Source of the DNA: Octopus bimaculoides
Lineage: Eukaryota
Assembly (NCBI RefSeq): GCF_001194135.2
Contig: NC_068984.1
Span: 82,902,566-82,935,252, forward strand
Direction: 5' to 3'
DNA length: 32,687 nucleotides
Part shown: positions 23,746-32,687 of the stretch, in pieces
Position numbering within the stretch: the first letter of the stretch is position 1
How the letters are laid out: every line of letters starts with the position of its first letter
The notes under the pieces: generated by a model
The model's input: the letters and a program-made list of their open reading frames with translations, nothing else
What the model was told of the DNA's origin: nothing
Database searches by the model: none
Position numbers and translations under genes: made by a program

Positions 23746-23991
23746 TGTACGGTATGGTGGTGTCATTAGAAGGTGTCTATGAAGGTCTTGAATCATTGGG
23801 AATTACTGATAATTTGCTCAGGTTAGGGCGGTTAATCTTCAGTCTAAATTGTTGTATGTGTGAGTATGTAGAAGTTGGGGGGGGNNNNNNNNNNNNNNNN
23901 NNGGGGGGGGGGGAACAAGCAAGATGCAGGTTGCACAGCAGATAAAAAGGACTGACTTTCTGTTCGTCAGGAGCCGTGAGGACGCTGTTGC

Positions 23992-24022
<31 letters not shown>

Positions 24023-24031
24023 CGATGATGA

Positions 24032-24099
<68 letters not shown>

Positions 24100-24128
24100 G
24101 TAGTGATGGTAGTAATAGTAATAGTAAT
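23992..24128. repeat. (GAT)n(GAC)n(GAT)n then (TAG/TAA) compound repeat
   Basis: Visible directly. Confidence 0.95.
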
Positions 24129-24130
24129 AA

Positions 24131-24303
24131 GGGTTTCAAATTTTGGCACAAGGCCAGCAATTTCGAGGGAGGGGTAAGTCGGTTACTACTCAACTGATGC
24201 TTATTTTATCGACCCCGAAAGGATGAAAAGCAAAGTCAACCTCGGAGGCATTTAAACTCTGAATGTAAAGACGGACGAAATGAGGTTAAGCATTTTGCCC
24301 GGC
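24131..24303 (-). mobile_element. SINE type D lacking its extreme 5' head
   Basis: TTATTTTATCGACCCCGAAAGGATGAAAAGCAAAGTCAACCTCGG..AAGCATTTTGCCCGGC; stops where the Tx1-like element's flank begins. Confidence 0.85.
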
Positions 24304-24312
24304 AATAATAAT

Positions 24313-25639
24313 ATTAATGATTTCTTTTATTGGCCACAAGAACCCAAGACATATAGGACAATATCGAAGGACGAGTTATAGCACAAAAAAAAAAAAAAAA
24401 AAATTACTAAAACATGTGGGGTTAACATCAATTAAGGGAAGATACTACCACATTAAAAGATATAACAGAGGATATATAATAGAAAGTAGAGAATTAAATA
24501 ATGAATAAATAAATAGAATCGCCAATAGCGAGGCAGTCCACTTAGGGTAATCCGGGGTAACCCTACACAAAAATCCCGGATTACTCCGCTATCTCCAAAG
24601 CATGGGAAAGTGCCCTCTTCCAGTTTCTTTCCTCTTGCCACTGTCGACCACTTTTTGATAAACACACTAGAAGGTAGCACCTCCCTCTCTACCCTCATCT
24701 TCTTCTTCAAATGATATTTGAAGAAATTGATGAGGGCTTGACCAGATAGAGACATGCTTGTCTTTAAACCTTTCAGACGGGTCCAATACACAGCCTCTTT
24801 TCCATAACCACTAAGCAGAGAAAGATCTACCCTCCTTATCTGCTAAGGGAAGGTGGTGCGTCGATCTTCACTATACATTCGGCAGATAACAGCTGCTCTA
24901 CACAATCCCACAACTCTCTAAAGCACAGACACTGAATTATTGCATGCAGGACAGTTTCGTTGCCCTGCAAGCATCTCGGGCAGGTTCGGCTGTTGGCACT
25001 TCCATACCTGAAGAGCTTCTTTCGAATGGGCAATGTCCCTCTGTAGCACTGCCAAGCCAAAGACTTTTGGAAATTGTCCATGATCTTAACCCAAAGGTCC
25101 TCTGGAAGAGATTACTCAGACTGTTCTTGTCAATTCCTAGGTTCAATCTTAGGCGATCATCACTCACACCCTCAACTAGCCCCCTATAGAAATCTTGGGT
25201 TGTTTTCCCGCTAAAAGTTTTGGACAGCTGGTACAATGCAGTGAGCGCCTGGCAACATTCTAGATGCCAAACGCCCAACTTTGGTCTACGTTTGACTCAT
25301 GACTGGAGTTCTGTCAATGAGATGAGCTGCAGAAAGACGTGTCGCACGAAAGACGCCCACACCAGTTCACCCTTATTTTCGTCGTCGTCGTCGTCCACGT
25401 CACCGCAGGGATTTAGATATTTCTGTAGGTGTGACAGCCTCAGAGCCTGGTGCTGCATCATTAAGAAAGGTATCCCAAGACCATCACGGTGTGGCTGTTG
25501 ACAGCAGGTGGATTTTCTGACCAGTGGAACCTGACCCTTCCATAAGAATCGGAAAAGCAAGCGCTCCAATCTGGTCAGAGTTTTCTCAGGACAAGGTACG
25601 ATGGCTAGGCGGTAGTACACTACCGAGGCGTTAATCCTG
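24313..25639 (-). mobile_element. Tx1/L1-like non-LTR retrotransposon, 5'-truncated ORF2 C-terminus plus 3' UTR
   Basis: YYRLAIVPCP..LTRLERLLFRFLWKG..GLGIP, LAWQCYRGTLP, CPRCLQGNETVLHAIIQC (CCHC) and LINFFKYHLKKKMRVER. AATAAA near 24325 on the minus strand. Flanking direct repeat GGCAATAATAAT at 24301-24312 and 25640-25651. Confidence 0.82.
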
Positions 25640-25642
25640 GGC

Positions 25643-25757
<115 letters not shown>

Positions 25758-25760
<3 letters not shown>

Positions 25761-25964
25761 AAATCCATCTGCTGTCAACAGCCACACCGTGGTGGTTTGG
25801 GATACCTTTCTTAATGATGCAGCTCCACGCTTTGAGACTGTCGCATCTACAGAAATATCTAAATCACTGCGATGATGCGGGTGACGACGACGATGCAAAT
25901 AAGGGTGAACTGGTGTGAGCGTCTTTCGTGCGACGCGTCTTTCCGCAGCTCATCTTATTGAAAG
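25758..25964 (+). repeat. Inverted copy of Tx1 segment 25311-25518
   Basis: Manual alignment to the reverse complement shows about 22 differences in about 207 nt (roughly 89% identity). Confidence 0.92.
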
Positions 25965-26568
25965 TATTGAAAACAGAGAAAAAAGGAAAAACAAAAGAAG
26001 TACAAAAAGTACACGAAGAAGAATTACGCAAGAAGGGACTAGACAACCAATTCTATGTAGCTACAACAAAAGTTGCTTGAAAAAATAGATGGGATTGGCT
26101 GATGAAAGGAACCCTACAAATAGAGACCGAAAGCACTATACTGGCAGCGCAGGACCAAGCTTTGGCCACAAACTGGAGAGTCAACCTTAGGAATGAGTAA
26201 GTGTCTCCGCTGTGTCGCATCTGCAATAGAGTGGATGAAACCATTGCTCATATAACGAACCAATGCCCTAGACTTGCCCAAAACTATTACAAGTTGTGGC
26301 GACACGATCAGGTGGCGAAAGTGCTATATTGGAAACTGCGAAAAGTGGGGGCTAGAGAGAGGCAAGACGTGGTATGAGCACAGACAGCAGAGAGTGGCAG
26401 AGTTGGAGACTAACGAAATCCTCTGGGATTTCCTAATCCAAACATATCAGGTGTTAGAACATAACAGACTGGACTGGACCTAGTTGTGATGGACAAGGCG
26501 CACCACATATGCTATGTAGTTGATCTTGCTTGCCCCTTTGACCCACGAATAGTCAAGAAGGAAGACGA

Positions 26569-26603
<35 letters not shown>

Positions 26604-26683
26604 CCACCCTCTTAAGTACGAAATAGCCCAGCTATGGAAAATAAAGAAACTGAAGATAGTGCCAATTGTTGTTGGGTCCTAGC
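25965..26683 (+). mobile_element. R4/Dong-like LINE C-terminal fragment (copy F, a different subfamily)
   Basis: WLMKGTLQIETESTILAAQDQALAT, CRICNRVDETIAHITNQCP, RHDQVAK, ILWDFLIQT..HNR, VDLACPFD..KEDEKIDRY and IVPIVVG are typical CCHC plus REL endonuclease motifs. Confidence 0.88.
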
Positions 26684-26696
26684 AGTACATTAGTCA

Positions 26697-26740
<44 letters not shown>

Positions 26741-26812
26741 CACACACATGCAGATGTATATACATGCATATATGCACACACACACTCTCTCTCTCTCTCA
26801 CACACACACATA
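26697..26812. repeat. (CA)n/(CT)n microsatellite
   Basis: Visible directly. Confidence 0.95.
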
Positions 26813-27525
26813 TATATTTATAAGAAAATACATAAATAATGGGCTTTACATATTTCTACGTCTGTGCATCTTTGACTTACAGCTGTTTCTGATATACGTT
26901 ATAGGTGCGTTCATGCTTCCGTTTATTCAATTGGTCAGTTGGTCTTCTGNNNNNNNNNNNNNNNNNNNNNNNNNNNNNNNNNNNNNNNNNNNNNNNNNNN
27001 NNNNNNNNNNNNNNNNNNNNNNNNNNNNNNNNNNNNNNNNNNNNNNNNNNNNNNNNNNNNNNNNNNNNNNNNNNNNNNNNNNNNNNNNNNNNNNNNNNNN
27101 NNNNNNNNNNNNNNNNNNNNNNNNNNNNNNNNNNNNNNNNNNNNNNNNNNNNNNNNNNNNNNNNNNNNNNNNNNNNNNNNNNNNNNNNNNNNNNNNNNNN
27201 NNNNNNNNNNNNNNNNNNNNNNNNNNNNNNNNNNNNNNNNNNNNNNNNNNNNNNNNNNNNNNNNNNNNNNNNNNNNNNNNNNNNNNNNNNNNNNNNNNNN
27301 NNNNNNNNNGTGTGTGTGTGAGTTATTATATATTATAGGATATACATGCATGTGTATGCGTGTAGCAGTATGTATGTGTATATATCTGCACGTGAACATC
27401 TGTATAACTACAACGTTCACTGCCTGTATGTAATGGATGCATACGTAGATGTGAATGTTTATAAACTGTTTCTGAATGAAAATGTATGTATGTATGTATG
27501 TATGTATGTATGTATGTATGTATGT

Positions 27526-28822
27526 TCTTGTCTTTCTCCTTTTAATTTAGAGTAAATTTTGACCAGCCACCTACTTGGTAGCAAAGTTGTGAAAGAAAGT
27601 ATCTTGTTTTAACCATCATCCTTTCAATCTTAAGATGGTTTTGGAGATTTTATAGTCCCAGTTATCATGATCATTTGCGTTCTCTCCCCAAGAACCTAAG
27701 TTCAGTCATACGTTGCTCCAGACGGGCTGGTATGTATCCTGCTGCTCCAGTAAAAGTATGAAGCTGAAAGTATATCTTGGGTACAAGACTTGCAAACTCC
27801 TTACCAATGCTACATTGATGTCTTCGTTCCCTTCTATTTTTTTCACCGCTATGGTGTCAAGAGGACAGCTTGTTTCCACCGCAAAACATATCTTTTCCTT
27901 GAGGTTCCAGTTAACAATATCTGGTCGGTTGTGTTTTAGCTTAATGATTATCTTAATTTCTAAGCTCCGCCAACATTCTTTTGACCCATCGGTTTCAATA
28001 TGATCACGTTCGTATGTAGGTGTTTTCTTTTTTGTTATCCTGTTCCAGACCGTTCTAGCCACCGCCTCATGGGAAGATAAAATCCGGATGATGTCTTCAG
28101 TCATTGTCATGCACAGCCTACATTTGTTGTCAGTCAACGTTTTCTGTCTCTTATGCTGTAAGTACTTGGCGGGAATCTCTTCTTGAACTGCATGGAGGTA
28201 GCCTTCAAAGTGGGATGTCATAAACTTGTCGGTACTCCATGCCAAGCTTTTGACATGAACAATCCCTTCCGTGGCTTGTGTTTTTTTTGTGCTAAGTACT
28301 CAGGTACTGGAGGCGCAATGGCCCAGTGGTTAGGGAAGCGGACTCGCGGTCATAGGATCGCAGTCTCGATTCCCAGACCGGGCGTTGTGAGTGTTTATTG
28401 AGCGAAAACATCTAAAGCTCCACGAGGCTCCGGCAGGGGATGGTGGTGAACTCTGCTGTATTCTTTCACCACAACTTTCTCTCACTCTTTCTTCCTGTTT
28501 CTGTTGTACCTGTATTTCAAAGGGGCCAGCCTTGTCACACTGTGTCACGCTGAATATCCCCGAGAACTACGTTAAGGTTACACGTGTCTGTGGAGTGCTC
28601 AGCCACTTGCACGTTCATTTCACGAGCAGGCTGTTCCGTTGATCGGATCAACTGGAACCCTCGACGTCGTAAGCGACGGAGTGTCAACAACACTCATGTA
28701 CTATCTTCTTAGTAAACTGGTTTATGTTTCTAGTTTATTGTTCTGATGAACAGATTTTAACAATACTCCTTAGGGAGTGATCTATATCAGCTCCTATTTC
28801 ATACCTCTCCTCAAGTTCATTA
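27526..28822 (-). mobile_element. R4/Dong-like LINE 3' fragment (copy E), interrupted by SINE A copy 3
   Basis: AWSTDKFMTSHFEGYLHAVQEE, NKCRLC, HNRPDIV..VETSCP and LQVLYPRY. The short 3' UTR runs into (ACAT)n at 27483-27525. Confidence 0.82.
28309..28691 (+). mobile_element. SINE type A, copy 3
   Basis: Colinear with copies 1 and 2. Near-TSD ACTCAGGTACT/ACTCATGTACT at 28298-28308 and 28692-28702. Confidence 0.93.
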
Positions 28823-29094
28823 TGTGTGTGAGTGTGTGTGGTGAGTAACCTTTAATATATGTGGACAAACACAGACAAGTAGTAAGATACGAGAGAAGAC
28901 ATTCATCCCAATATTTAATTTAACGTCCAATGATCTCAAGCTTCACTTTACTTCAAACAGACGCCAATTTCCTGTTATTCCGGCATTTCCAATTGCCATT
29001 AACACATCACACAGATTTTTCTCATTATTTTATAGTTATTTTCAATACATTTAATTAAGCTATGCATATTTGTCATTATTGACGGCACGGTTAT

Positions 29095-29138
<44 letters not shown>

Positions 29139-29532
29139 NNNNNNNNNNATATATATACATCACACACACACACACAGCGATTCTGCTACTAGGCACTTCT
29201 GTTGTCTATGACCAATATTTCAGCTCATCATCCATCTCCATTCCTCTCGACACAGAAACGTCGTTTAACCAAATTATCGACTTCCGGATACATTCCAGTC
29301 ACAACACTAGAACTCCTTTGACTTTCTCAATAAAGGGTCTGTAGCCTGAAGCACCTGACTTCCTCCTTTCCTCATGGTAACTCTATTTAAGCTCCCACAT
29401 CTCCTCTTAGATTATTTGTTAATCGCAAAGACCCTTTCAGGCTCCCTTTGATCCTTGGAAATATGTGTCGGTAAATGTAAAATTCTGGGAAAAGATGGCG
29501 TTTCTCTTATCTTTTTTTGTTTCTAGATCTAA

Positions 29533-30949
29533 CTAGCAGTTTAGCCCGGCGTTGCCCGGGATTAAGTTAGGATTATTAAGCTAATCAAGCGCTTTGTTTC
29601 AAACCAAACTAAGTTACACCGACGTCAAATTTGAGCGAAATCTATTGAAATTGGTAAACGTTTGGCTGAAAATGGGTTGCAGACAATTTGATTGGGAAAT
29701 CCCATAAGGAATCGGTTTATCGATTTTTCTACTCATTGATTTTTTTTGTTTTGGAGAACTTAAAGCATTCAAAGATTCCATAAGTCCTAAGCAACACCAG
29801 CATAAAGTTTGAACAAAATACATCAAAATTAGTAACAATGGTGTCCTCAGTTAAATGNNNNNNNNNNNNNNNNNNNNNNNNNNNNNNNNNNNNNNNNNNN
29901 NNNNNNNNNNNNNNNNNNNNNNNNNNNNNNNNNNNNNNNNNNNNNNNNNNNNNNNNNNNNNNNNNNNNNNNNNNNNNNNNNNNNNNNNNNNNNNNNNNNN
30001 NNNNNNNNNNNNNNNNNNNNNNNNNNNNNNNNNNNNNNNNNNNNNNNNNNNNNNNNNNNNNNNNNNNNNNNNNNNNNNNNNNNNNNNNNNNNNNNNNNNN
30101 NNNNNNNNNNNNNNNNNNNNNNNNNNNNNNNNNNNNNNNNNNNNNNNNNNNNNNNNNNNNNNNNNNNNNNNNNNNNNNNNNNNNNNNNNNNNNNNNNNNN
30201 NNNNNNNNNNNNNNNNNNNNNNNNNNNNNNNNNNNNNNNNNNNNNNNNNNNNNNNNNNNNNNNNNNNNNNNNNNNNNNNNNNNNNNNNNNNNNNNNNNNN
30301 NNNNNNNNNNNNNNNNNNNNNNNNNNNNNNNNNNNNNNNNNNNNNNNNNNNNNNNNNNNNNNNNNNNNNNNNNNNNNNNNNNNNNNNNNNNNNNNNNNNN
30401 NNNNNNNNNNNNNNNNNNNNNNNNNNNNNNNNNNNNNNNNNNNNNNNNNNNNNNNNNNNNNNNNNNNNNNNNNNNNNNNNNNNNNNNNNNNNNNNNNNNN
30501 NNNNNNNNNNNNNNNNNNNNNNCTCACTCTCTCTCTCCCTCCCTCTCAGTCAATCACTCAAAAAAGATGCAACGAAAAATAAATTTGAAAAAATGTACGC
30601 TGTCACTCTCTCTCTCTCCCTCATACATACACACACATACACACACACATACACACACACGCACACGCACACATCAACACATACCTTCTCTTCGTCATTG
30701 CAAGAAGGGGGCTTAACTCATGTTAGCAAACTTACAGATTTCACCGACGTTCAAAATTGGTAAAAGTTATGGTTGAAAATCGACTTTTACCGCTATCCGC
30801 GGGTGTCTCGGGGAAAATAAATTGACAAAAGCTCAGCCATGTTTGTGACCAATGTCCTCCTAAAATTGGAGCGACATGCGTTCTAATTTGTGGACGTGCA
30901 TAAATTACATCCACGTACACACACACTTCCCGCCTTTTATAAATATAGA
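29533..30949 (-). mobile_element. Non-autonomous Helitron spanning an assembly gap
   Basis: Minus strand starts A|TCTATATTTATAAAAG (30949; 30953 also possible) and ends CCCGGGCAACGCCGGG hairpin, 8 nt, CTAG|T (29533). This gives 5'-TC, a subterminal hairpin, 3'-CTRR, an A/T target and no TSD. Confidence 0.75.
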
Positions 30950-31154
30950 TAGATAACCTCTAATATGTTGATTTAAATGCATCATGTCTATTATAAAAAA
31001 AGGAAGAAGCAAAAGTTTTAGCAGAATCAGTAAAGTTGTAGCCAATGTACTTTATGGTGTTTAGTTTTTAATCTCTTTACTTTCTGAGTTCAAACATCAC
31101 TAGGATATATTTCGTCGAATAAATCCTTGTCACACATTGCTTTGTGCTATTTCA

Positions 31155-31257
31155 TAAGCAGAATCGGTAGAGTAGCAGGCATTGCGGTATTTAGTTACAT
31201 ATCTTTAAGTTCTGAGATTAAATCTCTCTGTGATCGACTTTGTCTTTTATCCTTCAA
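31155..31257 (+). mobile_element. Degenerate SINE type D 5' part
   Basis: GCAGAATCGGTAG..GTTCTGAGATTAAAT..GATCGACTTTGTCTTTTATCCTT. Confidence 0.55.
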
Positions 31258-31743
31258 CCACGTGGTTTCGAGTTCAGTCCCTCTGCGCACGCAGCACCAT
31301 CAATAAGTGTCTTCTGTTATTTTCTCGGGCTATGTGAGTAAATTTGATAGACGGAAATTGAGCTGAAGCCCATCGTGTGTATATATGTATGTATGTATGT
31401 ATGTATGTCTGTCCTTGGCTGGCCTCAAATCTCACCTGCGAACCCATGGAAAACAAACCTCATCCAGCTATTCTGATTATATATCTGTGCACACGTTTGA
31501 ATGTGGTGTGTGCCAGAGGGTTTGCAAATCAAATGGGGGTCTTAAAAGACATGTTAGGATCCACGATGAGCAGAACTTACTTGCAGGTATTGGTAGTGCA
31601 AATCAGAGGTGAAATCTGTGTGGGTGTTTTTTCAAAACACTGTCTGGTTTAAAAAGCCACATCAGACGCCATGAAAGGGCTAAGGTGTAGGTGCAGGAGG
31701 TGGTCAAACTCTATTTAAGGAGTAGACAACCACCATGTATATA

Positions 31744-31833
<90 letters not shown>

Positions 31834-32020
31834 TGTGTGTGTGTGTATGTGTGTGTGCACACCATTTTCACAATTGGTTTTGGTTTGTATACCTCTCCGT
31901 AACTCGGCGGTTCGGCAACGGATCAAAAGTATACGTATCAGAATTGCAATAAGCACTGGCGTTGATTTGTTCCCCTACACCTACAAGATGGTGTTTCAGT
32001 AACTGAAATAAGTAAAAATA
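31258..32020 (+). mobile_element. SINE type E (copy 5), split by an RTE-like insert in its internal microsatellite
   Basis: 5' half GTGGTTTCGAGTTCAGTCCC..GACGGAAATTGAGCTGAAGCCCATCG; 3' half TTGGTTTGTATACCTCTCCGTAACTCGGCGGTTCGGC..GTAACTGAAATAAGTAAAA. Confidence 0.72.
31408..31736 (+). mobile_element. Tandem C2H2 zinc-finger fragment, probably the 3' end of an RTE-like LINE
   Basis: SLAGLKSHLRTH (partial), CGVCQRVCKSNGGLKRHVRIH and *NLCGCFFKTLSGLKSHIRRH (Cys replaced by TGA) fit C-x2-C-x12-H-x3-H. No TGEKP linkers. Stop at 31688-31690, short UTR, microsatellite tail. Confidence 0.6.
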
Positions 32021-32380
32021 TGAAGGAGTAAAAGAGACAGGTATTTGGGGTTGATATATCATGAATATACTCATCCATAACAGATTATGTTTTTGTGCTT
32101 ATAGTAGAAATTGATTTCTCATGCAGATTACAGCATAATAATTGCTTCTAGTATATAGCACAAGGACTGACATTTCCAGAAAGAAGTTAGTCAAGCCATC
32201 AACCTCAATATTTGATTGGCATTTAATTTTACCGATCTTGAAATTTGAACTCAGAAAGTAAAGCAATACAGTTATATACCGTTTGTGCCTTTCACTGCTC
32301 TCAATAACAACAAAAACAAAAATTAAGAAGTTGCTTTATATTTATGATGTACCCTAATTACCTACCATAATAAGAATTAT

Positions 32381-32567
32381 TTCTACTATTAGGAGAGCCT
32401 GAAAATTGCGGGGAGGGAGCTATTCGATTACATCGACTCCAGTGCTCAACTGGTGAATATTTTTATCGATTCCCAACTTACTCAAGGATAAAAGGCATAG
32501 TCGACCTCGGAAAAGAAACGGATAAATCTTGTAAGGCATTTTCCGACGCTCTAACGAGTTTGCCAGC
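32381..32567 (-). mobile_element. SINE type D, degenerate
   Basis: GATTACATCGACTCCAGTGCTCAACTGG..AGTCGACCTCGG..CTAACGAGTTTGCCAGC. Confidence 0.78.
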
Positions 32568-32576
32568 ATATATTTT

Positions 32577-32654
32577 ATAGTATGTATGTATGTATGTATG
32601 CATGCATGTATGCATGTATGTATGCACGTATGCATATATATAAGTATCCATTTG

Positions 32655-32685
<31 letters not shown>

Positions 32686-32687
32686 AT
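32577..32687. repeat. (TATG)/(TA)n microsatellite
   Basis: Visible directly. Confidence 0.95.

Noticed and set aside
22330-24130. Long trinucleotide mosaics suggesting a low-complexity protein
   Set aside because: Frames shift between repeat types, with stops and no coherent ORF.
29180-29510. Possible LTR-retrotransposon pol remnant (QATDPLLRK) on the minus strand
   Set aside because: The motif is too short and degenerate to assign.

Overview
This is eukaryotic, AT-rich, repeat-saturated DNA with several N gaps. The SINE families and microsatellite load point to an octopod cephalopod genome (inference, not confirmed). There is no intact long protein-coding gene, no RNA gene and no prokaryotic system. 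Most listed ORFs are translations of microsatellites or N runs. The window is a nested mosaic of: six decayed R4/Dong-like non-LTR retrotransposon pieces (CCHC plus restriction-like endonuclease); a 5'-truncated Tx1/L1-like element with an adjacent inverted copy; Penelope-like RT and GIY-YIG remnants; a probable Jockey-like RT remnant; an RTE-like C2H2 tail; a weak Tc1 remnant; a non-autonomous Helitron with canonical ends; and at least five tRNA-derived SINE types, several with clear target-site duplications (TSDs). The most interesting signals are R4-like elements whose ends join directly to (CATA)n repeats in one orientation, an RT-less R4 derivative, a ~208-bp inverted repeat, a CRE-motif cluster and a speculative chain of phase-compatible mini-exons. 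Family assignments come from manual translation and recalled motifs, not database searches.
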